DNA of 64,000 nucleotides from Eledone cirrhosa (GCA_964016885.1 OZ024747.1:14756001-14820000); one strand, 5' to 3'. Positions 1-15,333 are shown, counted from the stretch's first letter. A program made the numbers and translations. The notes: generated by a model not told the origin, from the sequence alone.

Positions 1-181
1 TTCCAACGAAAGTTTATTGTTCAGGAAATGAATTTGTTGCCAGGCCATTTTCTTTCAGTGTCTCTTGACTATGTTTGATTATATATATGTTTATAATCAT
101 TTCATTATACTGAAATAATGGCGACCATAGGTGATATAAATATGTATGTATGCATGTACATATATATGTGTGTATGTATGC

Positions 182-245
<64 letters not shown>

Positions 246-324
246 TATAGTAATAATAATACATTTGAAGACTAAAATCCAAAGATGGCTCGATAAGGAT
301 AAATATATATCAAATATATAAGAA

Positions 325-410
325 CCGTAGAGCAAATATTTATTAAAATAACAGATTAAAGTTTAAGCAAAGAATCGCTGCTTTCACGCTTAACGGGATC
401 TTCTGAAACT

Positions 411-413
<3 letters not shown>
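325..413 (-). mobile_element. Decayed Penelope-like pLTR fragment with degenerate hammerhead core, next to (TA)n
   Basis: Minus strand reads aagagtttCAGAAGAtcccgttaagcgtGAAAgcagcgattcttt (CUGAAGA mutated). The segment taaaataacagattaaag recurs at 27071 next to (TA)n. Confidence 0.4.
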
Positions 414-447
<34 letters not shown>

Positions 448-517
448 CACATATATATATATATATATATATATATTCGCATATATATTTGTGTGCGTAT
501 ATGTACACACACGCACA

Positions 518-567
<50 letters not shown>

Positions 568-2602
568 GGGGGGGGGGTGTCTGTGTGTGTGTCTGTGTGT
601 GTGTCTTTGTGTGCCTGTAAACACAAGAAAGAGAAAGGCAGAGGTGAAAAGGCTGTGTAGGTGCTATCACCCATTGAATAAGCTACTGAGCTTGTTACAT
701 TACTTCCGCATTGCGAGTTCGTTTTCGACTGCAGGCTTTCCATGTTAAGCTCCAAACTTAATCATATCTGCTTCGGGTTTTATGCTTAATTAGCATAATA
801 GCGTTTTACTTATTACGAACCTCAATTAGATATATGTGGTCCTAAATTCTAACTTAATTTATTGCTCAAATAATCGCTTTAGTATAGTAAAATAGAAAAA
901 GGAATCCGATATAATGAACGTGGCAGATGAATTGTAAGAATAGTTGAAGATTAAATATAAATGTTATCTAGCGAAGTAGTCTTATGAAGTGGAAAAAAAT
1001 CTGAAATAATGAAAAGAAGAAAGAATGATACAAAGAGAAAGAAAACAAAAAGCAGAGAAATACAGGAGAGGGCAGGAGATAAAATAGAATATGTGTGAAA
1101 AATAATAGACTTCTTGGAGTAAACGAACCAACATGCAGTAACCATCGGAAAGAGATATAACAAAAATGTTCGAAAAAGACAGTTATACAAAGATAGAGAC
1201 ATACAGATATCTGAATGTATGATGTAAGGACGATTAACGTATCTTAAATTTAAAGCGTTTCGCTAAAGAAAAAAAGGGATGTCAGGCATTTACGTGCTGG
1301 CGTATGTTTCTTTTGATGTTCAGGTTTCCTTTTTCTTCCATGTTATTTTTTAAAACGATTTTTCACGCCAGATAATGCAGAAAAAGAGGGAAAAAAGAGT
1401 TGATAAATGAAAAAAAATATAGCATTGAAATGCTTGCAGATGCATAAAAGAACTCTGGACTATATAGTTACAGGTAAAGAATATATAGCTATATATGAAA
1501 GTACACAAGAACATAATTAAACGCAGACAAATTCATTCACAAATAAAATGTATGAACAGCAAAACATGCAGACCGATATTCACGACTGAAGATGTACAAA
1601 GAAACGCAAGCCTAAATGCACACGTGCGTAAGAGCACACACATGAAGGTAATATACATAAATGTATATATATTATAACACATAGATAACTTAATGTAAAT
1701 GTATATATATTATATTGCCACCAAAATATTATAAGAATGTAATGAAGGTTTAGAGCTACGTTGAATGAAATAGAGAGAGTGGTTGGGTTCAGATAAATAT
1801 ACTTTTCTATACGTACACTCATATATAGTTAACGGGCTTTAAACGATGATGATGAATGTATACGTGTGTGTGTGTGAGAGAGAGAGAGACAGAGGGAGAA
1901 TACATGAGAGAGAGAGAATATATATATATGAATAATTATTTTCTCTTTCCCATCCCTCTCTATACATATATGTGTCCTTGTGTGTGTATACGCATACACA
2001 CATATATATGAATATGTATTAAAATATTTATGTTTGTGTGTGTGTGTGTGTGTGAGTGTGTGTCTGTGTCTGTGTCTGTGCCTGTGTGTGTGTGAGTGTG
2101 TGTGTGTGCAAGCGCGTGAGTGTGTATATTGTGTAAAATAATAAATACACGCATACGGTAGCATTTATACATATATGTAACCAGAAGTGTATCTGAGAAA
2201 ATGCCTATGTGAAAAACTGTAACGTCTAAACACGTGAGCTATACCGAGTGAATTCTAGTTTTATAGTCGAAACATGCACTGCACGGTGCAGACAGCGTGC
2301 TTCTGAATGTTGTATTAAAGCGTTAAAAAATGACTGGAAAGAATTTGGAATTTTTTGAAGAAATACGGAATTTCCTAACCAGAAATGATTCTAATTTGAA
2401 ACGATTGGAATACGGAAAGAAATGGTTAGGTATGGCTAGAAAAAATATATGATATACATTTCGCATTTAAATTATTTTGTTCAAATTTAAAAGGCGAAAA
2501 GATACAATTGCTTAGGTACACGATATTGGTAAAGGATATTATAATAAAATAGAGATGCTGTGGTTTTATTTTTTTACCCTATAGCCTTTATGATGTTTGT
2601 TA

Positions 2603-2639
<37 letters not shown>

Positions 2640-3013
2640 GTGATGATGGTGTTGATGGTGATGCTGATGATGATGGTGGTGGTGGTGTTGGCGTTGGTGG
2701 TGGTGGTAGTGGTCGTTGTGGTGGTAGTGGTGATGGTAGTGGTGGTTGTGGTGGTAGTGGTGGTGGTGGTGGTGGTGGTGGTGGTGGTGGTGGTGTTGGT
2801 GCTGGTGTTGGCGGTGGTTGTGGTGGTGGTGGTGGTTGTGGTTGTGGTTGTGGTTGTGGTGGTGGTGGTGGTGGTGGTGGTGCTAGTAGTGGTGTTGGTG
2901 TTGTCGGTGATAGTGGTGACCACGGCGACGACGAATGCTACGAAAACTATGATGTTGAAAACGTTTTTAATGACGAGGCAGAAGATAATGACGAAAGTAA
3001 TTATGATGTTGAA

Positions 3014-3060
<47 letters not shown>

Positions 3061-3062
3061 CA
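2603..3062. repeat. Compound (GAT)n/(GGT)n trinucleotide low-complexity tract
   Basis: Directly visible; explains the poly-D/G/V/M/T ORFs. Confidence 0.95.
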
Positions 3063-3205
3063 ATTATCTCTACCCATGTAATGCTGTTCATATAGAAGAC
3101 GATGGTGGTGTTAATTCTTGCTGTGTTGAAAAGCATGGTGACAATCCAAATCTGCTAACTTGACAAAATAGTTTTAATGATACAGACAACCATTATTTGT
3201 ACCAC

Positions 3206-3292
3206 ATTCATCCTTACGGGGTCGATAAAATAAAGTACCAGTAATGCACTGGTTAATTGCTGGCCTTGTGCCTAAAGTAGAAACAAATTATT
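3206..3292 (+). mobile_element. 5'-truncated Meta-like SINE with target-site duplication
   Basis: ttcatccttacggggtcgataaaataaagtaccag...gtagaaac, flanked by the direct repeat attatttgtacca. Confidence 0.85.
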
Positions 3293-3759
3293 TGTACCAG
3301 ATTCCTGGCGTTTATTTACGAATATGCAATATCTCGATTCAGTAATAATAATTTTTAATCTCGTTGAAGAAATATATCATATTGATTATATCTGAGAATT
3401 TATTTCATATATTTTCGAAAGAGATTAACATCTTGGTTTATAATTCATACTTTTAAAATATTTGACATTGCTCTTCTTTCCTAATGATATAGAGAAGTTA
3501 ATCTCTGACTGCTTGTCTGTGGAAATATTGTTTGTTCTTATCTAGAAGACAATATATTTTGGTTAAAGTAGTTATAGTTTATGCTAGTCAGATTGCTAAG
3601 GGAGCAATATAATTAATTAGTTGATTAAGAAATGTTGGAATATTTTCATAGCGTATGGGATTTACTTTAAGTAATTACTTTAAGTAATCTCAAGGAAATT
3701 GATAAACATTTTAACAGGCATGAACAGAATTAAGTTGTATTTCAAAATAAAGACTCTAT

Positions 3760-4150
3760 AATGCCCTATGCTTTATCGAGGTCCACAAAGTAAGAATACA
3801 CCTTATGGTAGTACTCCCACAATTTCTGAAAGACCTGTCGGAGTGTAAATATTTGGTCGGTTTTGCTGTGTCAGGGGTGAAAGTCACACTGTTCATCAGC
3901 TACCTTTGATTCGAAAATCCCCCTACACATCTCTTGAAAGACATTTAGCATAGAGTTTACAGAGGAGGCTTAATAAGGAGATCCTTCCATAACTGAAGCA
4001 ATCTCTTTTGTCTCCTTCCCCGATTGGTACTGCTTAGAGGATTTTCCAGTGATGCAGACCACACGGCACACATGAGTCAGCCAGAGAATACCATCTCTAT
4101 TTAAGGTTTTTTACATCTCGGACTGAATTTCATCCTGCCAAGCGGCTTTG
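3760..4150 (-). pseudogene. Decayed RTE-clade (Rex3/Expander-like) reverse transcriptase fragment
   Basis: Manual minus-strand translation across stops and frameshifts: DEIQSEM*KTLNRDGILWLTHVCRVV...GDKRDCFSYGRISLLSLLCKLYAKCL...DEQCDFHP*HSKTDQIFTLRQVFQKLWEY...FVDLDKA (RT domains 0-3). Not in the ORF track. Confidence 0.8.
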
Positions 4151-4152
4151 AA

Positions 4153-4252
4153 AAGAAGAAGAAGAAGAAGAAGAAGAAGAAGAAGAAGAAGAAGAAGAAG
4201 AAGAAGAAGAAGAAGAAGAAGATGATGATGATGATGAATATGATGATGATGA
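4153..4252. repeat. (GAA)n followed by (GAT)n microsatellite
   Basis: Directly visible. Confidence 0.95.
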
Positions 4253-5190
4253 CAAGTGACGTGCTAAACAGAACGGTACGGTAATAAAATGAATCGAAGA
4301 CAGACTAAAATTAATATAGCTGACCCAAACAGAATCCGTATAATATTGCTAAGAGACATGACTTTGCACTATGACTGTTTCTTGCCTCATTCTACTATAT
4401 TATTATAAGAATAAAATGGTGAAACCAAGGCAAATATTAAACAATTGTTTGACTCTAATCACTTATACTATTTCAGGTTTCCAGTGATATTTTTTTCATC
4501 AATATCGTTATTGTAAAGAATCCGTACAATATCATTATTAATCTGAATAAAGAATGAGTAATCAAGAATTAATAGATTTCTTTTTTGTTTATGAAAATGA
4601 AAGGAAATTCATTTTTTCTTTTCATCATTAGTATTATGGACATTATTCAGAGAGGACAACAGATTGTTCAGTACATTCTAGAATTGTAAATTTTATAAAT
4701 AGAATTCGCAAATGTCTCCAAGAAATGTGTAAATAAAATCTCTTTTATTGATCGAACTTATTGTTGTTTATTCTTTAATTTATATACATATATTTTTACT
4801 TGTATTTATTATTGTTTATAATGGCACTGATATCTGAAATATTTAATCGAGGAGATTAGAAACAATCAAAGAAATGGAATACATTCCTTCATGACTATTA
4901 TGTTTTTCAAAATACTGGTGGCTTCAGTGAATAGCGGACAAAAGTTACGAACCTTATAGTGTATAGAGTGTATTTTGAAAATGAAATAAAACTCAAATAG
5001 ATTAAGAAACTCATTAATTCACTCGCCTAGGTGGAGCCGTTTGCGTGATCGTACAACCGACTAGATATAGTAGCCAGATATCCCTCTCGCTTAAATTTAA
5101 TATGTAATATTTCTTCTCTGAGTGATATCCTATCTATATATTTATCCATTCATTAATATGCTTAAGTATTAGAGATTGATTAACCTTTGA

Positions 5191-5728
<538 letters not shown>

Positions 5729-7463
5729 GCGGTTAGAATTTTTACAGCAGTGCCGGGTTGCTAACTCGACGCCTGTCGCCTGTATTTGCCGTATACCGCC
5801 AAATCGAACGACTGGTAAAGCGAAGCTGCCGGCGGGAAAAATGTGACTGGCTGGAGAAAAAGGGTGCTGTGGCAGAGGAAGCTGCTGGTCGAAACGACAC
5901 AAAAGCACTGTTCCACACCGTGAGGGAGTTGACAGGAATGTCGAGCAGTGCCAGCATGCCGCTGAGGGACAAAAATGGCAAGACATTGACCACTGGAGCG
6001 GAACAGGAGTATAAATGGATGGAACACTTCCAGTAGACGCTGAATCAACCAAATCCGGTCGCCCTGATAGACTTGACCGCAGAGACTCCAGCAACCACTA
6101 AGGTACCAAGCAAGAGACGAGAGATGCGATTAGTCGCTTGATGAACGGCAAAGCAGGCAGACTGGTTGAGATCTCTCCTGAGCTGCTCAAATTCGGTGAG
6201 GAGAGTACGATAACGGCGTTGACAGACTTGGTGAACCACTGCTGGAGGGTTGGTCGGGTTCCCCTTGAGTGGCAGCGCGGTGTCATTTTCAAACTGCCGA
6301 AAGAGGGAAACCTGGCAGACTGCAACAATTGGCGTGGTATCACATTGCTATCTGTCTCAGGCAACGCGTTCTGCACTGTGCTGCTGCGTCGACTCCGGCA
6401 GGCTGTTGACTCTGTGCTCCGGGTGGAACAAGCCGGCTTCCGAAAAAATCGATCTTGCACGGAACAGATCTTTTCCCAATGCAACATTCTCGAACAAAGC
6501 GTTGAGCTACAACAGCCTTTGGCGGTCAATTTTATTGATTTCTAGAAGGCATTGGACAGTATAAACCGGGAGTCGTTGTGGAATGTTGCGCAGCTGTACG
6601 GCATTCCTGCAAGATTCATCCCCATTTTCAAGGCCCTGTATGAAAACTCCAGCTGCTGCTCGCGGACTGAGTCCGGTGTGACGGAGTTCTTTGACGTTGT
6701 CTCCGGAGTCAGACAGGGTTGCATTCTCTCTCCACTGTTGTTCCTGCTAGCAGCCTATTTCGTACTAAGGCGAATGAATGAAGGACCTGGTCGAGGTATC
6801 CCATGGAGAGGGCAGTCGAGGCTGAGGGACCTGGCATTTGCCGACGACATCGCTTTGATCGCTGAAAACAGTGCAGATCTGCAGGCCCTAACAATATCCC
6901 TACAAGAGAGTGCGTAAAAGATCGGCCTGAGAATCAACACCAAAATGACCAAAGTCATGAGAACGGCCAGTAACACAGGTCCCGTGATCAGAGTCAACCA
7001 ACAGGACCTCGAGAAAGTCGATCACTTCACATATCTGGGCAGCATCCTGACAAGCAGCGGCGACGCGGAGCTCGACATCGGATCGGCAAAGGAGCCGCAG
7101 TTTTCCAGCGGCTATGCCCAGTCTGATCGTCTTCATGCATTAGCACCAAGACCAAGCTCCGCCTGTACAAGAGCATCGTGCTGCCGACGGTGCTTTATTC
7201 GAGCGAGACCTGGAAGAGTACGGCAAAAATAGAGAGACGGATGTACGCTTTCCACCAGCGGTGCCTGCGAAAGATCCTTCGTGTGTCCTGGCGCGACCGA
7301 GTGCCAAACGAGGAGATCCTGCGAAAAGCCGAGTTATGGACGCTACAGAGAGTGGTCACGAAGCGTCGGTACCGTCTGGCTAGTCATATTCTGCGTCTGC
7401 CAAATGAACGGCATTCGAAAACAGCGATGAACTGGACTCCGCCTGGCGGTAAACGGAGGCGGT
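5729..7463 (+). mobile_element. RTE-clade LINE, truncated at both ends, disrupted RT ORF
   Basis: Consecutive + ORFs give NWRGITLLS, EQAGFRKNRSC, FIDF*KALDS, GVRQGCILSPLLF, LAFADDIAL, FTYLGS, LYSSETW, WTPPGGKRRR; several stops and frameshifts. Confidence 0.95.
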
Positions 7464-9012
7464 ACTACCTTGATTAAATCTTAACCATCTAACCTGTCAG
7501 GGTATGTCATGTATAATTTTATTTTATCTAATGAGGACGTACTGTTGAACTTGTTTCAAGTATCCCTGAAATATGTATAATAAAATGTAATTAATCTCAA
7601 GAATATCTATTTTGTTAATATGTGAATTAATATTAATAACTCTGGAAAATATTATCACTGTAGAGTGCTTCCAATCTACTGTAAAACTGATTCTTTGATG
7701 TACTCATTGAATCTTGTTTAACTCTTTAATATATATATATATATATATATACATTTATATATATTCATATATATATATATATGTATATATACACATATCA
7801 TATCTACATACATATGTGTGTGTGTGTGTGGTGTGTGTGTGAGTGAGTGTTTGCGTGTGTGCGTGAAGATTGGCGAGGATTAAAAGAGTAGATTTAGGAT
7901 TGAACATAATTTCTAAAAGATCTTTAAAAAAGATGAAACTGAAAAGTATTTAAGCTTTCTTATAAATCTTTTAAAGTCGGGGAACTTAAGTTTAGTTACA
8001 TATTGTCAAGTTAAACCATAGATCCAAGACATAGGTGGAGTTATTTTGAACTATATCAAAGAAACAGGAAAATGTTTGAACAAAAAAAATTCTGAATTAC
8101 ATTCCAGTAGTAACTATCTGGTCTTACATAAAGAAATCAAGAACTATTTTAACTTGTTCTTTATTAAAGACGGATGATTATAATTTACGTGGGTTTTAGC
8201 TTCTATTTCCTGCTAGAAATGTTATCATAGAGGTTTCTTTGTAGAAAAGGAATTTCACAAAGATCGGTTAAGAACAAATACAAATATTTAAAATGAGCAG
8301 TTAAAAATCAAATTCTTTACATGTTTATCAGAGACTAAATTGGTTTAAGACGCCACCCGAATACAAAAATAAAAAAAATAACATTATAGTTTGTCTTAAG
8401 ATGTTTAATGTAAAGAATATCATCAAAAGGAAATTATATATAAAAACAATCTATCTATGTTTACATATATACACATTGTTCTAGTCAACCGTACTTCATT
8501 TTTTATAATTCTATATAGAAATAATGCAAATCGGGATGAGGAGCTTGGAAATATATAGATAGAAACAGCGGGAAAGCTGGGTTAATAGACCTTTAGGCGA
8601 CGTTACAACATTGATATAAGACTCTGCATGTTGTAATGAAATAACAAACCAATGTTCAAGTTGTTTATAATATACAGTTGATATACAGTATATTCACTTC
8701 ATTAGGAATTATTCAGCTGACTTCTAAAAAAATTAAAAATTAGTTAATCATTCAATACTATTAGTGTGATAATACATAGCAACACTGCATGTTGATTCAG
8801 TATATATATATGTATATATACATATATATATTTATGTGCGTGTGTGTGTAAATGTGTATGTGTATATATGTGTCTATGCATATATATATACATATATATA
8901 TATATGTGGGTGTGTGTGTCTGCGTCTGTATTTATATATACACGTATATATATATACATATATATATATGCATGTATGTATATGTATGTATGTGTGCATA
9001 GATGTGTGCATA

Positions 9013-9384
<372 letters not shown>

Positions 9385-10386
9385 TATGCATTGATACATG
9401 CATACATATGTACGTTCATATATACGTTACGTACATAAATGCATACATAATACTTTTAGGTGTCTATATGTATTTAGGTACGTATATATGAATATATCAA
9501 GGTACGTATATGTACACCTACATGTCTGTATATATTCGCCATTTTAATACTGCTAAAAATGATTGTTTACAAATGACAACATTTTAATTTAAAATCATTT
9601 GAGATTTCTCTTAAAGAAGTTAGAGAGGATCTTTCATGCAATACTATAGAGATTCGGAATAAAAGACATTAAATAAATAGAAAGATACATAAAAGACAAC
9701 AACACGATATTTCAACTTTATAACAGTTTATTTGAATTTCATTATTGCTATGACTCTATATATCACTCCTGTCTCTTATAATTAATCTACTTCTGTTATA
9801 TCAAAATATCAATGTCTCTTTTAAGAAGAACGCAGTTTTCATAACGATAACTATCTATTTGATATATGACTAACAAAGCGGTTTTACTTTATTCTCCTGT
9901 ATATCATATATGATAGTTGCTTTTGCAAGAGACTCTTTCTAAATGTTTGCATGAAGCAGATAGTAATGGATGATAATGCAATCATTCTTAAATTGCTTCG
10001 TTTGAATTACAGTATGTATTCAATTCATTTGCATTGATATAATCTTACAGTTGAAAAACAACATGGCTTCAATAAGAGGAATGAAAAGATTTTTCCAAAC
10101 AGGCGTTAATAAATGGAGTGATTTCTATAAAGGTGTTTACAATTATAGATAGAAACTGTTAACATCAGACAATTTTTACACGTTAATTATTATTAACTCC
10201 ACATTTATGAATATTGATCAATATAAATATTATATTTTTGCAGAAGAAAAAGTGTAGCATTTTGTATCAAAAATATAATGGCAGACACACACACATACGT
10301 AACTATCTAACTATCTGTCTAATATCTATACCTATCTCTCTATTGATCGGTCTATATCCCCTCTCCCCCTCTTTCTCCTCTCACAT

Positions 10387-10506
<120 letters not shown>

Positions 10507-10624
10507 TTAGGGTAAATATTGATGCAATTCAAATCAAGCACTCAACGTACTTATTCCACATAGGAGTGACGGAGTAATTATCGAATAAAGAAAAGCGAAG
10601 TAGTTTCAGATGTTCAAGTCTTTT

Positions 10625-10800
10625 AATAATAATTGTTTCTACTTTAGGCACAAGGCCAGCAATTACCCAGTGCATTACTGGTACTTTATTTTATCGACCC
10701 CGTAAGGATGAAAGGCAAAGTCAATCTCGGCGGGATTTGAACTCAGATCGTAAAGGGACTTAACTATGCTGGAAAGCATGGCGTCCGACCCCCTACCGAT
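10625..10800 (-). mobile_element. Meta-like tRNA SINE nested in repeat A
   Basis: Reverse complement of the family consensus, 5' few bases missing. Confidence 0.9.
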
Positions 10801-12096
10801 AATAATAATGATGTGATATATATTTCAATGGCGAAAGTTGCCACACTGTTCTGTGCGCCAGTTTCGCGACATCGTCAGACAGCTTGTTACATAATAAGGT
10901 TATGTTTCCGAGGCAATCCAAATTGAATCAACATGGGAACGGACGAAGTATGTGCTTTTGGGTTCTTCATCCGTTCCCCTGTGAGTACCAATTCACCCCC
11001 ACTGGTCTGCGCAAGCGCAGGTCCAGGGGGAAGTTGACCATTAGCTACCGCAGATTTCAACGAAATTCGCTCAGTCAGTTCCCCCTCTCAGCCAAACAAT
11101 GGCCCATTCAAGCCTGCACCGCAGTTTACTGCTACCCATCCCCTCTGTGGCAGTCAGACGAAGCCAGTGGGGATGGAAGAGTGTTAGTATTTACAGGTCT
11201 CTTTACTACCTCTCACAATCATGGACAGTATAACTGATCATCAACCCCTAAGAGAATATATTTAATTCTATGTATCATGGTTTCATATTGGAAGTTATAA
11301 GTGAAATTGGAACTAAAAATTACAATTTGAAATCGAAAATCCTAAATCAAGTATCAGAAATTAGAAATTAAAAAATTAACATTTAGAAATTAAACAATTA
11401 AAAACATTTTCAAGTGAGAATCCGGATTGAGGTGAGTAAAAAATATATATAGATTGAAGTGAGTAAATAATATGCTGAGAGATGTTTAAGTAAGAAGTTC
11501 TGAAAGGGGTCCTAATATTACAGTTACACTATCTACATACTGAACAATGGTACCGTACAGTAGAACTGAGGGTAAATTACAGTATGAAAGGTAGTAGTTA
11601 ACTGGGTACATAGTCGTAATTTCCATCACATGGAACAAAACCAATAAAAACATATATAAAGTACACAAAAGAAAAGAACCAATGAATGAATGAATGAATG
11701 CAAGAACACATAGAGTACATATATGCAAAATGATCCATATTATTGTCAATTTGTCCATGTATAGACTGAATTGAGGAGGCTTCAGTTGAAATGCGATTTG
11801 GTGCAGAAAAATAGGGGTTTATCTTTGTTTTTGTTTCCGCGTATTTATCCTGCCGAAAGTTATTATGTCCGTCCAGTATCATGGGTTTCCATCGCTGGTA
11901 GAGGGAATTTCCGGGTGTAGCTCGTGGTTGGCTCCTCTCCTCTCCACTTCCCCCTGGACCTGCGCTTGCGCAGACCAGTGGGGGTGAATTGGTACTCACG
12001 GGGGAACGGATGAAGAACCCAAAAGCATATACTTCGTCCGTTCCCATGTCGATTCAATTTGGATTGGCTCGGAAATATAACCTTATTATGTAACAA

Positions 12097-12170
12097 GCTG
12101 TCTGACGATGTCGCGAAACTGGCTCACAGAACAGTGTGGCCACTTTCACCATTGAAATATATATCACAGC
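12097..12170 (+). ncRNA. Type I hammerhead ribozyme candidate with long stem II (second copy on minus strand at about 10811-10883)
   Basis: GCTGT-CTGACGA-[long imperfect hairpin]-GAAA-TATATA-TC^-ACAGC; stem I GCUGU/ACAGC is perfect and stem III is a palindromic minimal loop. Confidence 0.7.
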
Positions 12171-12179
12171 ATTATTATT

Positions 12180-12365
12180 GGCATGGCAGTATCGGTAGAG
12201 GGTCGGACGCCATGCTTTCCAGCATAGTTACGTCCCTTTACGATCTGAGTTCAAATCCCGCCGAGGTTGACTTTGCCTTTCATCCTTACGGGGTCGATAA
12301 AATAAAGTACCAGTAATCCACTGGATAATTGCTGGCCTTGTGCCTAAAGTAGAAACAATTATTAT
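12180..12365 (+). mobile_element. Meta-like tRNA SINE nested in repeat A'
   Basis: A box tggcagtatcgg, B box gagttcaaatcc, central gcctttcatccttacggggtcgataaaataaagtaccag, (ATT) tail. Confidence 0.9.
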
Positions 12366-13746
12366 TAAAAGACTTGAACATCTGAAACTACTTCGCTTTT
12401 CCTTATTCGATATTTACTCCGTCACTCCTATGTGGAAAAAGTACGTTGAGTGCTTGAATTGAATTGCATCAATGTTTACCCTAAGAATTTAGCTCCAATT
12501 AGTTGAGCGCTCTATGATGTAACCGATATGGTGGAGAGGAGAGGAACCAACCACGAGCTACACCCGGAAATTCCCTCTACCATGGGATGGAAATCCATGA
12601 TACTGGACGGACATAATAAATTTCGGCAGGATAAATACGCGGAAATAAAAACAAAGATAAACCCCTATTTTTCTGCACCAAATCGCATTTCAACTGAAAC
12701 CTCCTCAATTCAATCTATACATGGACAAATTGATAATAATATGGATCATTTGGCATATATGTACTCTATGTGTTCTTGCATTCATTCATTCATTCATTCA
12801 TTTATTCATTCATTGGTTCTTTTCTTTTGTGTACTTTATATATGTTTTTATTGGTTCTGTTCCATGTGATGGAAATTATGACTATGTACCCGATTAACTA
12901 CTACCTTTCATACTGTAATTTACCCTCAGTTCTACTGTACGGTACCATCGTTCAGTATGTAGATAGTGTAACTGTAATATTAGGACCCGTTTCAGAACTT
13001 CTTACTTAAACATCTCTCAGCATATTATTTACTCACTTCAATCTGTATATTTTTTTACTCACCTCAATCCGGATTCTCACTTGAAAATGTTTTTAATTGT
13101 TTAATTTCTAATTGTTAATTTTTTAATTTCTAATTTCTGATACTTGATTTAGGATTTTCGATTTCAAATCGTAATTTTTGTTCTAATTTCACTTATAACT
13201 TCCAATATGAAACCATGATACATAGAATTAAATATATTCTCTTAGGGGTTGATGGTCAGTTATACTGTCCATGCTTAGTGAGAGGTAGTAAAGAAACCTG
13301 TAAATACTAACACCTTTCCATCCCCACTGGCCTTCGTCTGACTGCCACAGATGGGATGGGTAGCAGTAAACTACGGTGTAGGCTTGAATGGGCCATTGTT
13401 TGGCTGAGAGGGGGAACTGACTAAGCACATTTCGTTGAAATCTGCGGTAGCTAATTGTCAACTTCCCCACTAGGTAATTGCTGGCATTGTGCCTAACGTA
13501 GAAACAATTATTATTAAAAGACTTGAACATCTGAAACTACTTCGCTTCACCTCTTCACACTATAAGTCGAAATTACAAAATCACTACCAACATCCTCGGA
13601 AACTATAATTCAAACTCTACTCTTATGTATCAATTCGTGGTTGAATTAATGTGTCATTGATTCTATGCACAAAACAACACCTACTCTGTGCGCACGCACA
13701 CATACACCACACACACACATTCGTATGTATGTGTTTGTGTGTGCGA

Positions 13747-13821
<75 letters not shown>

Positions 13822-14394
13822 GCTTTTGTTACAGTATATATACTGTTGCCAAGGGAACGTATGTAATGAAGAAAATCAGCTTGTAATCTTTCTTAGAAAG
13901 CACATCTACGTCAAATAACTGCTTCTTCTTCCTTTATTAAGATACTGTTAGTTATCGGTTCTTTCGCACAATCAGGAATCATTCTCCTAAATGTGTATTT
14001 AATTAAACAATACTCATTAATTAAAACTGAAAGAACGAACCATTAATCGATCACTAAAGAAGTGCATTCTAATACTATTTTGTGGTTCATGCCAAGGCAA
14101 TATATTTGTTATTATTGTTTTCACTCATGTTTTTGTGATTGCTGTTGATTCTGTTAGTTTTGCTGCTATTGTTGCTCTTGCTACTGTTGCTATTGCTACT
14201 GTTGCATCTTGCTACTGTTGCATCTTGATGTTGTATAGCTGTAAGTCGTACCCGATGGAGCAACCGTTATAATCTAAATCATTGAAACTGTTACTATCAT
14301 TTTATTTATTCTGAAACAAAATACACCATTGTATATTAATCAGCGTAGTCGTTTTTTAGTTGCATACTATCCATACATGTAGAGCTTCTCTATC

Positions 14395-14620
14395 TATCTG
14401 TGGCGGGGAAAATTCCCGAGATTCATAGACGAGTTCTCTCCAGCGGTCTTCTGTCCCTCATCATCGCTGCCATGTCCTGCGTCTCCAAGAGATTGGTGTC
14501 TGTCCTTAAGGGTATCAACATATGTCAACCTCGGTTTCTTCCGTCGAGAGTGTCCGTGCAGGGGCTCCCACAGGAGCACTGAATGCAGTGTCAACTCTGG
14601 ACGACGGTGAGCATGTCCAG
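14395..14620 (-). mobile_element. 3' end fragment of the Proto2/RTE-group LINE family found at 56974-58996
   Basis: Encodes LHSVLLWEPLHGHSRRKKPRLTYVDTLK; clearly homologous to 58778-58990. Confidence 0.85.
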
Positions 14621-14705
14621 AGATTTACCTATCTGCATTGTTGTGAGGATTGCAAAACGACTATTTATCAAATTCCACAATGCTTTATGCAAACTTTAAC
14701 ACCCT

Positions 14706-14801
<96 letters not shown>

Positions 14802-15265
14802 GAGAGAGAGAGAGAGAGAGCAATAGTTTTTGATATGTTGGATAATTAATATTTCAATACTTTATATTTATATCATATTATGTTTTATACATAGTAATTT
14901 ATTTCTGATATTCCCAGGTTATTTTTATATTCATTTTTTTTTTTATAGATTTCCAATGCTACAAGAGTATATTGTTATAAAGAATTTCAGACTGAGAAAT
15001 AATACCAGATGTTGGATGTGCAATCATATACATCTGTACTCTTTTATGCAGTTCTATTTTTGGTTTCTGACAGTTATAGTATCAATTTGATGGTTTATAA
15101 AATACATGAGTGGTATATATATTTAGCTTAACGTATTCTTTTCCCTCTTTTCATAAAAAGTTAAAATAAATACAAAGGTCAAATAAACTTTTAGAGTAAT
15201 TCAGAATAAATATGGTCTTTAGAAATGGAATAAGTAAAATACAGAGGAAAGAAAATATGTTATGC

Positions 15266-15325
<60 letters not shown>

Positions 15326-15333
<8 letters not shown>

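Noticed and set aside
2597-3163. Asp/Gly-rich 188-aa ORF (also 52443-52700 and 53342-53773)
   Set aside because: Trinucleotide repeat tracts open in several frames on both strands; no domain or splice support.
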